Source: Octopus vulgaris (Eukaryota). From it: a DNA stretch of 64,000 nt. The notes beneath the pieces are model-generated. The model saw only the letters and a program-made list of their open reading frames with translations. It was not told the origin of the DNA and made no database searches. This document shows, in pieces, positions 14,187 through 26,384 of this stretch. How positions within the stretch are numbered: position 1 is the first letter of the stretch; each line of letters begins with the position of its first letter. The stretch spans positions 178,064,001 to 178,128,000 of the forward strand of contig OX597815.1 of the NCBI GenBank assembly GCA_951406725.2. Reading direction: 5' to 3'. Both the position numbers and the translations under genes were made by a program.

Positions 14187-14360
14187 TCACTGCTTGGAAT
14201 CGAACTCGGAATCTCGGAGTTAGTAGTCCGCGTTCTTAACCGCTACGCCATATGGAGGGTATATCAACCGAAACGTTGTGTTAAAAACTAACAGGATGAA
14301 GACAAATATCCGTCAAATGTAAATAATGTACATAATTCCTCATCTCTTAAATACAGAACC
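14008..14360 (-). mobile_element. Penelope-pLTR-like module: tRNA-like A/B boxes + (AAT)n + minimal hammerhead + tail on the minus strand (14008-14252), fused to an inverted partial copy (14253-14360)
   Basis: A box TGGCGTAGCGG (14240-14250, minus), B box GAGTTCGATTCC (14196-14207, minus), (TTA)n 14151-14182, hammerhead-like 14054-14100. TSD ATAAAATTGTTT at 13996-14007 and 14361-14372. Confidence 0.75.
14054..14100 (-). ncRNA. Minimal hammerhead ribozyme motif (core-mutated copy)
   Basis: Minus strand AGACAC-CTtATGA-A-GGTTG/loop/CAGAC-GAAACGTT-GTGTT. Stem I ACAC/GTGT intact, core G5 mutated. Confidence 0.6.
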
Positions 14361-15149
14361 ATAAAATTGTTTGCCGGTGAGTTAATTTAATAATCCAATT
14401 TTTTGTTGTTTTTTTTTCATCTTGTATAAATATCCTCAGTTTGTTGCAAGAAGTTCTGTAGTATTGACTGGATGATATCTTACAGTAGAATGTTGTTGGA
14501 TGACAAAGGGATCGTTTAATATATGTTATTAGTTCGTTTTAGTTGAATCAATTGGTTCCAATTGTGCTTACCTTTTATAACAAGAGGTCAAAGGTTTGTT
14601 AGCCTAAATCACTTTACCCACTATTTTAGCTTACGTGTTACTATTTCCGGTGCCTCCGCGCAAAAAAGTTGCTGGAGTGCATATGATCAGCAATAAAGAC
14701 TGCAAACTATTGAAGATTTCCTGTAAGATTATTACTTAAACTGAGCAATGAATCGGCAGTATCTTTAGAGTATAAGAAAATAATTATTTGCAGATTTTGT
14801 TCCGGTGCTTTATTTCTGAGTTCCAATGGCGCCGAGCTCAGCTTCGCTTTTCATTTCTACCAAATCAATAAAATACATTATTATTTCATGTAATTTACTA
14901 AGGTCCTCCCCTCAGAATTCCTGCACTTAAATCTAAAATAGAATTAATTACTAATGTACTTTTTAATTGCTATTATTAATGTTAGAACGATGGGCCAAAT
15001 AAACTGCAATATTTAGTTGAATTCCGGCCTGAAATCTTGTCGCAGTCAACGTACTTCTCATGCAGAATCGATAAAATATAGAGCGAATCAACAATTGGAA
15101 TCAAAGTAATCAAATATTATGAATGCAAAACTATGATTCTTTGTCCCTA

Positions 15150-16150
15150 TGATTTAAACCGATCGATATTGCTGTTTGTTTTCTTGGACATTGTATATAT
15201 AATGAAGCGGTTATCGTCCAGAAAGAATATTTCTTTGTGCGCAAGCAATTATTTTCCGCAAGATTTTCTTTTTAAATGAAAACCAACCGCCCATTATGTT
15301 CAGTGTCGATGTTTGTTTCCTTTGTAATTGTCTAAGACATAGACATGGTAAGAGTTTACCGAATTCTTTTGGAGCAGCATTGTAGTTCCCGAGTTTAGAA
15401 TTGTCAATTGATTTTTTTTAAACAATTGTTACTTAAGCTACAGTCACATATCAGGAGTTCTATCTACCATGATACGGTTTGTTCAGATTTTGATTTTCCA
15501 TAAGTTTGAAATCTTATTTTCCATTACACGTACGTCAACTTTTCAACAATATACTGTAGCGTTTATAAGACTTTAGCAGCAGCAGCAGTATTACGCCATA
15601 CTTGTGTCGGCTGTATTTTGTTTATAAATGTCTTCTGCTTTTTCATTGGTCTATTTTGCTGTCCATACTAATCTTCGTGAAAAGCTTCTTTTCAATGGAG
15701 AAAGGTTCTCAGAATCAGGTTTCCGGCAGTTATAAAAACCCTGATTTTTGGGAAATTGTTCAGTGACACTCGATTGGCCACATGGGACCTCGTCACTTAT
15801 TCTGGCAATGCCATTTTACATGGTTCATCCTTCCTGACCTTATGTCATACTGTTTCCAACCCTTTTAATGTAGTTTGAAAAACTATCTACGAAACATTTT
15901 CCCCGTTGTCATTCTTACGACAGATTCCTTTTAAAACATGTTCTTCTTCATTATAATATGTTCTGCAATTTTCCCTAACACTATTATGTTGTGATCAATT
16001 CATTTTATATATTTTTTACTTTCTGTAAATAAATTATTGGTAATAAATCCAGTCCGTCTTCTCTTCATATTATCTGTACGTATGCTTACCGTATGATCAT
16101 AAGGAAAAGGAACTAAAGATTTATTTCCATGCACCTTTATGAAGATACAC
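15150..16150 (-). mobile_element. Possible decayed hAT transposase remnant
   Basis: IMVDRTPD (near 15475-15450) resembles hAT SIxxDxTPD. Weak RGH/GNF-like region upstream. Confidence 0.35.
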
Positions 16151-16334
16151 TCAAGCCTCTGTCAATATGAGAAAATACAGTCAACCCAGTATGAAGAAAC
16201 GAAATAACATTAAGATAAACATAACTTCTTAAATTCACTGCCGTAGATATTTTCGACTTGCTATCAAAAAGCCGTTTTCTTATCCTATTTAAACTGTCTT
16301 ATAACCTGCTAGTGAAATGTCGGTATTTTCAACA

Positions 16335-16536
16335 AAGGCGGCGAGCTGGCAGAAACGTTAGAACGCCGGGCAAAATGCGCAGCCGTATTTCGTCTGCCGT
16401 TACGTTCTGAGTTCAAATTCCGCCGAAGGTCGACTTTGCCTTTCATCATTTCGGTGTCGATAAATTAAGTACCAGTTACGCACTGGGGTCAATGTAATCA
16501 ACTTAATTTGTTTGTTCCCTCTGTAGTAAAGAAATT
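16335..16536 (+). mobile_element. Meta/MESC-domain-like SINE, monomer
   Basis: ggcggcgagctggcaga head, gagttcaaattcc B box, gactttgcctttcatc..gtcgataaa..agtacc domain. TSD GGTAT(T/C)TTCAACA at 16322-16334 and 16537-16549. Confidence 0.9.
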
Positions 16537-16698
16537 GGTATCTTCAACATACATGCTGAAAGCCACTACGATTGTATATTGTATATTGCATCTAGCGTTC
16601 TGTCTATACCACTAACTTATTCTCGCAACTAAGTCGTTAAGACAGCGATTATTATATGTGTATACATATAAATACAGCCCAACCTGAGGTTTATAATT

Positions 16699-17011
16699 AT
16701 TCTATTTATTTGTGCGCCCTTTTCAAGCCTAGCCAGGCTCATGGACCCGGTTTCTATGGCGTATGTGCCCTCCCCCCAGCTGGACGGGATGCCAGTCCAT
16801 CGCAGCATTACACAAGAAACAGAAAGAAAGAGTGAGAGAAAGTTAGGGCGAAAGAGTACAACAAGGGTCGCCACCAGCTCCTGTCGAGACCTCGTGGAGC
16901 TTTGGGTGTTTTCGCTCAATAAACACACACACATTCTTGGTCTGGGAATCGAAACCGCGATCCTCCGACCATGATTGCACTGCCCTAAACACTGGGCCAT
17001 TGCGCTTCCAC
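16699..17011 (-). mobile_element. tRNA-derived SINE (body X, tail 1)
   Basis: Homologous to the 1680 copy. TSD AGGTTTATAATT at 16687-16698 and 17012-17023. Confidence 0.9.
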
Positions 17012-18808
17012 AGGTTTATAATTGGTGATATTTATATTTACAACAGAAAACAGTTATATTTGTTGACTACCACGACAAATCCACAGTCATTTATAACTGA
17101 TACCCCGACAGTGCCCGGCTCGTTATAATACTTATAGCGAAAGTCTAAGAACCATCCAGGACGATCGCCTTTATATATATTCGATGTCTTGTGGCCACAT
17201 TTCATAAACTGTACCATATCCTATGTTTAACTTTGACTCAATCGTTTTTCATTCCACATACCTACCTGAGGTTATTCAAACCACACACATTTCAGTGCAG
17301 ATCATACAACCCTCCATATAAACTTACGTCTAGCAACAAATACCGCATCACATTGCAATGGAGATGTGACACCAAAGTAGTCTCAATGCAGTAAATAATT
17401 ACACATATTACACATGCTTAGAAGGCAGTGTAGTGGTTATACATAGTTAGTACCAGGTGTTGATGGGGCTGTGTGAAAGAGTTCATATAGAGATGAAGAA
17501 TAAATTCAAGACCTATATATTTACTACATAAAAATATATTTTATTTACTGGTCGATAATGATACATAATCAAAATGTAGAATCTGGTTGGATGAAGTAAT
17601 CTATGCAAGAAAGTTCAGACATAGGAAAAGTAGAAATAACAGATAAGTGGTGGTTTTCAGTCATGTGGCATAGAGAAATAGACGGACATAGCAATGGCTT
17701 GAATGGCTCTGAGTCTAATTGACAAAGAAGTGAAGAGCTGGGTTAGCAAGCTATTTATATTAATGGAACGCTAGACATTCTAGAAACTTCCAAGAGAAAC
17801 TCTAAGCTTCTTGAATAATTAAGAACCACGTCTCATGACACAGATGCTTCTAGAAACTTAGAAATGGGAGGTTACTCTATAATCTTTCTTGCAAGGGAGA
17901 TCATTCTACCATCTAGCTATCTGTACAGCAGTAATCAACGCAAGACAAAAATTAAGCCCTTTGTGAGTTTACACTATAAGCAGCGCGTAGCAGGTGAATT
18001 ACACCCTAAATCTAAAAAAATGGTTGAATACGATGGATAAGATGTTTTTGAACATAATACTGTGTCAGAAGGAAAAACGGGATTAATGACCGCTCGAAGT
18101 ATCCTGTCTCGTCGCAGACGTCAGCTAAAATATTAAGTAATCATATTGTTACGTATGAAAACTACAACAAACTGAGAGCGAAGCTCTACATAAGAGAAAG
18201 TAAATAACTTGTATAATAAGTAAACCTCAGTAGTATACACACTTGGATATAAACCGAGACTACAAAGCAAATACTCATATACACTAACTACAAATGAATA
18301 TAAAATGTAAAACAGAGAAGTAGCGGAATTGTCTTCGTTTACTGATTTATAGCCATGTAGTAGATATCATCGGTAAATACCACGTTAAGATATGAAATAT
18401 TGAGTTATCACCTCGAAACTAACGAAACACCTGATCATTACAAGTGCAAAAACCTCCAAGCAAACATACGTATGTACAAGATTTGAGGACGCTAGTAGAA
18501 CATCACCTTTAAAATGTACCGCAATCTGATTAAGACCAGGTGCACAAAAGTAACAGCATCTATCGGTTCGTGATCTCAAACAACACCGATAAGTCCAGAT
18601 TAGATATCGTTTTCAAATCTGTGTTGAGTCTCTGTATTATGCAACCGCCAAACTCTACAACCAAATGCAAACATTCTGATGAGGAAACAACAGAGTACAA
18701 CAAGCACAAACCTCTACACTGTATTACAAAAGTTGGGCAAGACTTGAAGGAATTAATGGTGTGAGCCTTAACTTCACATGCTTATAGTATATCCCTAACT
18801 ATGAATAT

Positions 18809-19139
18809 GTTGGAGCACTCCGTCGGTTACGACGACGAGTGTTCCATTTGATACGATCAGCCGAACATCTTGCTCGAGAAATTAACGGGAAAGTGGTTGA
18901 GTATTCCACAGTCACGTGTACCCTTAGCGCAGTTCTCAGGGAGACTCAGCGTGAAACAGAGTGTGACAAGGCTGGTCCTTTGAAATACAAGTACTACTCA
19001 TTTTTGCCAGTTGAGTAAACTGGAGCAACCTGAAAATAATGTGTCTTGCTCAAGGACACAATGCGTCGCCGGAATTGAACTCACGACCTTACGATCGTGT
19101 GCGGAATATCCATCCCAACCACTAAGCCATGCGCCTTCG
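18809..19139 (-). mobile_element. tRNA-derived SINE (CORE-like body, tail 2)
   Basis: tgtgtccttgagcaagacac CORE-like motif. Tail shared with the 23829 copy. Imperfect TSD ctat(g/a)aatat. Confidence 0.85.
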
Positions 19140-19699
19140 CTATAAATATATAGATGGTACTTAGCTATTCGGCTGACTGCATAAGTGTGATGAGACCGAC
19201 CTGGGCTGCATCAGAATAACAGCAGCAATGGCTTCCCCCGCAGCATACAAATATACAAATCAAAAATAAACCCTAATAATTCATTGAGATTCTATACCTC
19301 AGAAACCCTAGTAATATTTCGTGAAAACCCTACATACATTATCTTGGCCCATCTATATCCTAGTTCTCCTTGCGTTAATAATTAACAAGTAATGAAGGGT
19401 TCCTCTTAGAGTATTGCTGATAAAATAGAAATTGTGGAACATAAAATAAATACCTTCAACTAAATCGCGGATTGGTCTGTGAAATGACTTAATCCGATTA
19501 TTTAAGTGAACTGATTATGTGTCTGCAGAATATAACTTTGCATTCAATTATTTATATACCCGAGAACGCACAGAACTACCTTAAGAAATATCTAGCCATA
19601 AGATGTGCTTTCAAAATACACTTACACCCATACAGAACATCAAATTATACTACATAGACATAGATATATAGGGATAAGAAAATAGGGTTTTTTTAAATC

Positions 19700-20250
19700 T
19701 ATAATTGGCGTTTTACCTGTCATAATATAGATTAATTGATGATAGTCTACCTAAAACGACAATCGTGGTTCATTTTGGTAAATTAGTAGCTTACATTTTA
19801 TCCATAGAATATAATGCAGTTCAATTTTCAAGTTGTGAGTCGAGTCTAGCTGAGATATGGAACGACCTGAAACGTTAGGATTCATTTCTGCCAAAGACAT
19901 TCAACTAAAGCAAAGTTCAGCAACTCATTGATTAAATTTTACTGCAGCACATTCTCAAAACTTGCCTCGGAATGTGTGGCATCTTTAAGCTTCAAAATAA
20001 ATAAATATTGCCTTACGGTGTAAGAGTTTGAACTTGTACAAATTTTCAACCGAGATATCAATGTACGATTACTCGACATGCATCTAACAGACAGGAAAAG
20101 TAATCTGTTTTCAATGATATTATTCTATTACGAACACTAAAACCTCTTTAACGTAATATTTGGTTATTTGAAGTAGGAAATAGATCAGTCATACACAAAA
20201 GTAATTAGAAGATGAGAACCACCAAGTCTGAATTTATATAGAAATTTCAG
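19700..20250 (+). mobile_element. Possible decayed Ty3/gypsy RT-RNaseH remnant
   Basis: AYILSIE, DMERPE..SFL and VGNRSVIH weakly resemble LGHxIS, AIxxMxxP..SFLG and GIGAVI. Confidence 0.25.
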
Positions 20251-21553
20251 ATCTAACGCCATGTTTGAACCCTCCACTCCTTCGCTAATTCGCCATGTAA
20301 AACTCATTCACTGTCTGTAAAACTCAGAAAAAGTTAGCTACTGCTATTCGAACTCGGTGAATAATAATTTCCAATTGATGCATAAGATGCTAAGTGCTCA
20401 GGCCAGTTATTCATATTCTATCAAAGACAAGCTGATATCAGTTGCTTCTCTATAGAATTTACTATTGAGATTATCAGCTGTTGAAGAATTATTCAAACAA
20501 TTATCGATTAGATCAGATCTTCATGCTGATAATACGTATCCTACGTTTCCTCTGGCCGCTGGCTGTCGTCAGAAGTGCTGCAATTCAATTGTCTTTCTCT
20601 CCTGTCTATTATTTCTATTGACACAGACAATGACAGGAAACCTAATCAACACAGCCTGCACTACTATATTATCGCTGCAGTGATGTTATCCTATTCTCTA
20701 TTTTCAACATTTGAAAAAAGGAAACAATACTAAAAGACCGTACACCAATGGGAATTTTTACAACATTGGTAACACAATTCATCCAGTTAGCGATTATATA
20801 TCTATCACATACAATGTTCCTACTTTAACGAATTTGTAACATTTCTTATTTGTATATTATTCTACAGTTTTTAAGCTGATTTTACTCGTGTCGTATATCG
20901 TCTGCAAATGGCCTACGGTTCGTTCATTTCACGAATCATGGCGGAGCAATGATATTGAGTGAGCGCGCCTATTTATGCGTTGTTTAGAAAGACAACTGTT
21001 CGGTCCCCGTATTCAACATCAACATTGTATGTGGGGAATAACTAAAATGCCCGAGAACACACCGGAAACTAACACCTAAACAATTCCTAACACTCAAAAT
21101 TAGGCGTAACCAATTTCTTTGTAACAAATACAGTTCTAAATCGGCAATAATGCAAAATATATATCCGCAATTCTGTGATTTTGTCGGTTTGTTCTTGAGA
21201 TACCAGCAGAAATACCCTGAAAATATATTAAACAGTTATTGATTATGCAGTCAGGTTAACAGTTGCAGTTTCTTCTTTCTTCAGTTTGATGTGTTATCGA
21301 AACTAGAATCAACCGTTCCCAACAGGTGTTAATCATTAGTTATAGACAGTTTTAAGAATATCGTGAAAGCAAGAAAAGAGAGAAAGTTGTGAATGTCTTT
21401 TGGTAAATATTAGCGAAGAAAGACTAAACAGGGGAGGGGAACAAAGAAACTAAATTTTCAGCATAAACGTTTTCTCTGAATGTCTGAAGGAATATTTCTC
21501 AAGTGAAGTCAATCAAAAGATCTCAATTAAAATATCATAAATAGTAGTATAAA

Positions 21554-21674
21554 ATATTTTCGGGAAACACTGGATCTCGAAGCGCATAAACCTATAAATA
21601 ACAGTTACTCGAGATTTACATGCTACTATTTATATCCTTGTGCGCTTCGAGATCCACTGTTCCCCCAAAAGTAT
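21554..21674. repeat. Hairpin/MITE-like inverted repeat (arms of about 47 bp)
   Basis: Perfect 16-bp core TGGATCTCGAAGCGCA / TGCGCTTCGAGATCCA. Confidence 0.85.
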
Positions 21675-21796
21675 TATTTCGCGTTTTCTCGCAAGTTTAA
21701 AAAATTCTGAAGTAGTCAACAATATTCATATGTATGTATGTATGTATGTATGTATATATGTATGCATGCATGCATGCATGCATGTATGTATGTAAT

Positions 21797-22200
21797 TATT
21801 CTGATTATTTCAAGATTTCTTGCCAATAGAGAAAGAACCGTTTTCTAACCTAGATCCAAGTCCCCTTCATTGTCATTGGAATTTCAACATCAAGAACAGG
21901 GTATTTTTGTTTGTATGTATGTACGCATGTATGTATGTATGTGTGTATATATACAGGTTTGTATGTTTTATGTATGTATTCTCATGCATATGCTCATATA
22001 TACTTAAACGATAAACTTTTGGAAAGTTTTACAGGTTTTTACAGTTCCAATGACGGGTCGGATCTGTAGTCTTCGAATTAGCTTTCTCCTTTCTCGTTTT
22101 GAAAAGCCTAATTTCTCAAGATTGGTATTTAGGCAGTGTGTTACATATCCCCGGGCCCCAATAATTACAGGTATAAAACTGAACTTGTAATCTAGATATG
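21797..22200 (-). mobile_element. 3' end of a third RLE-type LINE, ending in an (ACAT)n tract
   Basis: ORF 22004-22207 FIPVIIGARGYV...LEKLGF...LIRRLQ...GTVKTCKTF is typical of an RLE C-terminus. 3' UTR follows, then (TGTA)n at 21729-21793 on the plus strand. Confidence 0.7.
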
Positions 22201-22730
22201 TGGGCACAGGGCGTCACGAATCGTGTACAACAAAAAGTACGAAGCACGAGTACATGGAACATGAACTATTCTATCGAACAACGAAAGACACAAATGGAAA
22301 ACAAAACAAACAACCTAAAGAACGACTCTTCATCAGTTGTTGACCTTTTTTCTAGTCTCGTATTTCGAGCATTTAACAATATACGCTTTCGATAAAACAG
22401 CTGCTCCCGCAAAGCAAATTAAATAAAATCGGGAGATTTTACGGAGGATCAAAATTGGTAACGCAAACAGGACAGTGAAAACAAACAGGAAGGGCTGCTA
22501 AACCTAAACGAGATGGTGATGACGAACGCGTAAATCAAGCTTGGAAAGGAAACAAACAAGAACACGTCTTCCTTGTTACAGCTAAATCGGAGAGAAAGAA
22601 AGATGGCCGATGGCCATGGGAGCTATGTGAGCAAGGGAGGAGGAGTGAGGGAGAGAGAGAGAGTGACAGAGTAATAGGATAGAATAGTGGGAGAAGAGGA
22701 GATAAAAGAATAAGAGAGAGAAAAAAGGCA
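22200..22730 (-). mobile_element. Probable Penelope-like terminal repeat fragment
   Basis: Pyrimidine-rich minus strand with CTGATGAAG and GCTCGAAA motifs, similar in style to other pLTR fragments here. No intact ribozyme. Confidence 0.3.
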
Positions 22731-23314
22731 GGCTTCAGACAATTACTGTCTACCAAATTCCTTTCTAAGTCATTGACCCACGTGGAGTTATAGTAGAAGA
22801 CACCTGTCCAAAGTGCCGCACAGTCAGATTGAACCTGATACGACGTAGATGCAAAGCGAGATTTTTAACCACATATCACCTACATACACCTGTATGTGTT
22901 TTCGACATTTTGGGGGTGGGGTAGGGGTTACATTGATTTTGACTTCGATGTCTCACTGTGGCTATTTGGTGAAATTCGTATTCATAACTGCTATTAGTAA
23001 ATCAAGGGGGACTAATTTAAAGCAGGAAGACTTGAATTGAATAACTGAGAGGAGTAGTTGAAGGATAAACGTAAGTTCGATTCAGAGGTGAACCGTTTAA
23101 TATTGAAAAGAGAACCAATAGCATGCAAAGCGAGGACGGAAAGGAAAATGCAATGATTTTAGGAGAAACGGAGATAAAAGAAGGCAGGAAAATAAAAGTA
23201 GAGATAATTTCATCTTGTAGCCGACATATCAATATACAGAAATACCGATGTAAAATGACTAAATACTTACAATCTACGATTATATTATTTACAGCAAAGT
23301 TAAACTTTAACACG

Positions 23315-23757
23315 AAAGGCGGCGAGCTGGCAGAAACGTTAGCACGCCGGGCGAAATCCTTAGCGGTATTTCGTCTGCCGCTACGTTCTAAGTTCAAATT
23401 CCGCCGAGGTCGACTTTGCCTTTCATCCTTTCGGCGTCGATTAAATAAGTACCAGTTACGCACTGGGGTCGATATAATCGATTTAATCCGTTTGTCTGTC
23501 CTTGTTTGTCCTCTCTGTGTTTAGCCCCTTGTGGGTAGTAAAGAAATAGGTATTTCGTCTGCCGCTACGTTCTGAGTTCAAATTCCGCCGAGGTCGACTC
23601 TGCCTCTCATTCTTTCGGTGTCGATTAAATAAGTACCAGTTACGCACTGGGATCGATATTATAGAATTAATCCGTTTGTCTCTCCTTGTTTGTCCTCTCT
23701 GTGAGTAGTAAAAAATAGGTATTTCGTCTGCCCCTTGTCGGCAGTAAAGAAATATAT
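23315..23757 (+). mobile_element. Meta-like SINE multimer (head + 2 bodies + deleted third unit)
   Basis: Body restarts at GGTATTTCGTCTGCC (23549, 23718). Single TSD ACTTTAACACG at 23304-23314 and 23758-23768. Confidence 0.9.
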
Positions 23758-23828
23758 ACTTTAACACGGCAAGCATGTATGGTCGCTTATACAAATTGGT
23801 ATATAAATATTTATAAATTTATATAAAT

Positions 23829-24162
23829 GGATGGAAGCACTCCGTCGGTTACGACGACGAGGGTTCCGGTTGATCCGAATCAACGGAACAGCCTGCTCGT
23901 GAAATTAACGTGTAAGTGGCTGAGCACTCCACAGACAAGTGTACCTTAACGTAGTTCTCGGGGATATTCAGCGTGACACAGAGGGTGACAAGGCCGGCCC
24001 TTTGAAATACAGGCACAACAGAAACAGGAAGTAAGAGTGAGAGAAAGTTGTGGTGAAAGAGTACAGCAGGGATCACACTCACAACGCCCGGTCTGGGAAT
24101 CGAAACCGCGATCCTATGACCGCGAGTCCGCTGCCCTAACCACTGGGCCATTGCGCCTCCAC
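23829..24162 (-). mobile_element. tRNA-derived SINE (body X partly deleted, tail 2)
   Basis: Same head as the 41021 copy. TSD ATTTATATAAAT at 23817-23828 and 24163-24174. Confidence 0.9.
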
Positions 24163-25463
24163 ATTTATATAAATAAGATAATGAAGAAACAAGAAAACAA
24201 TGAGTTAGTCATGAGGGAGAAAGACTATCGAGTTAAAAATAAAATTAATGAAAAATTATGAAAACTAGGGACATGAAATTGAAAAACAAAAGAGAGGAAT
24301 AATAAGTTTGTTAGGATTTTGAAGAAAGAAGTAACTGTCAAAACTGAAAATTGGATAAACGTTTGCAAAGATCGATGGAAATTGAAGTCGACGAGAAAAG
24401 AGAAGAGAAATAAAAACTTGTAGAGAGTTATATGCAAGGGTATATCTTAAAATCATTGTTGTAGTGGCATCCCATATGGTATTTTGTGTAATTTTTAGTA
24501 CAGGATTTTTTTTAGTACAGGAAGAGATTTTAGAAGCTAAAGCGAAGAAACTAAGAATAACAATTTCAGAGAAAAATAACAAAGTTACAGATGATCTCTC
24601 TGAATTAAACTTACGAACTATATTTGCTAATCTTCCTTTTGTATCAGATCTAAGAAAGTTCTGAGGATATTTCTTGCAAAGGCTAAGCTGAAAAGCTTAA
24701 ACCAGATAATATCATCTACGTGGATATAATATACACATTTTTTAATAGCTTAATTTTTCTGGAACGTAATTTCAAATATTCTAGAAGGCAAAAATTAGGT
24801 GGCTTCTTGTTACAAGGTAAAATATGCATGCGTATTTATGTGTGTTCATAAACTTACATATACACTGTTTAAATGCATACATATATACAACATAACCATA
24901 TACACATACAGGTACACACACTCATATAGATGTAGGTATGCATGTATGCATATATATATTTGTATATATACATATGTATATATATGTATATATGTATATA
25001 TATATATATATATATTTATATATGCATATATATATTTATGTGTGTGTGTGTCTGTGTGTGTGTATGTCATGTACTCTTCCGTGATGGTAAGATCAAGAAA
25101 ACGAGTACTTCAACTAGTGAGAGATGAATATTCAATCGGAACAATACATGACTTTATGTGACACAAACAGTTTCATATGTTGGGAAATACCCCCCAAACA
25201 TAATCATCAGGCACAAGCCACATATTATAACGAAGAAGATAAGTCTTTTAACTTTTTTTTTACTTTTACTTTTTATTTTTTCGTTTTCCATTTTTTACCC
25301 TTCCACGTTTTGCATATGCTTCCTTCTCGACTTTTCGCGTTTCTTCTCTCATTCAAGTTTTAATTTGTTATATGTGGTTTGTGCCTGGTCAATATGTCTC
25401 AATTATTTTTCAACATATTAAACTATTATTAGCATATCAAAACACGTATTGTGTCTATTTAGT

Positions 25464-25542
<79 letters not shown>

Positions 25543-25543
<1 letters not shown>

Positions 25544-26010
25544 TTGTCTACTCCTTATGCAGAGCCTGACCACCTTCTGTACCTACACTTTAAAACCATC
25601 ATGGCGTCTTGTGTGGCTTTTTAAACTAGACAATGTTTTGAAAAGCACCCATATAGATTGCAAATGCTATTTGGACCACCAAGAGCTGCAGTTTCGTTTT
25701 GATCTTTGTGGATTTTAAAATGTCTTTTGAGCCCTCTGTTACAGACCTTCTGGCATACATGGCATTGAGAGGTATGCATAGACATACAGGCAAAGTATTT
25801 GGTGGAGGTTCGTTTTCCGTGGGTCCATAAATGTGATTTGAGCCCGGTCAAAGAAAGGCGTGGTCTGTCACAAACTGAGCACAGAAAAAGTTTATTGTGA
25901 TTCACCTCTCCGATCATAATATTCTTCTTTAAATCTCTCCTGAGTCTTCCATGCATTAAGTCTCCCTTTAGCTTTACACCATTGTTTTAGTTGGAGTGAT
26001 GCCTGCAGAC
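25543..26010 (-). mobile_element. LINE (probably RTE) 3' fragment encoding three C2H2-like zinc fingers
   Basis: ORF 25621-25956: CSVCDR..GLKSHLWTH, CHVCQK..GLKRHFKIH, and a frameshifted third finger CNLYG..KTLSSLKSHTRRH. Short 3' UTR runs into (TA)n. Confidence 0.6.
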
Positions 26011-26038
26011 GCAAGGTCACACACACATACACACACAC

Positions 26039-26078
<40 letters not shown>

Positions 26079-26384
26079 CAAAAGGAATCATGTGATGGTT
26101 AGGGGCAGGGCAACGGGAAACATCTAAACATTGCCGAAACTGTATCGATAAGGTTGTGTGCCGATTGCAACAAAGTTTGTTTTATAATTTTAGTTTATTA
26201 AAGACACGGGAAACTTGTATTAAATCCGATTTAATGAGGTTGTAGACTCAAGATCAATTTTAACTGTAGCATTCAATTAAAATGAGAAGTTATGTGTGTT
26301 TGTGTAGTCGTGAGTGCCTGTGTGGATGTGCGCATGCGCCCGTTTACGTGTGCGCGTGTATTTGTGTGTGGTTGTGTGTAAAGA

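Noticed and set aside
17500-17900. Solo LTR
   Set aside because: TATA-like and polyA-like words are present, but no TG..CA ends, TSD or second copy was identified.
18676-18690. CTGATGA-G-GAAA as a hammerhead
   Set aside because: No stem II and no stem I partner.
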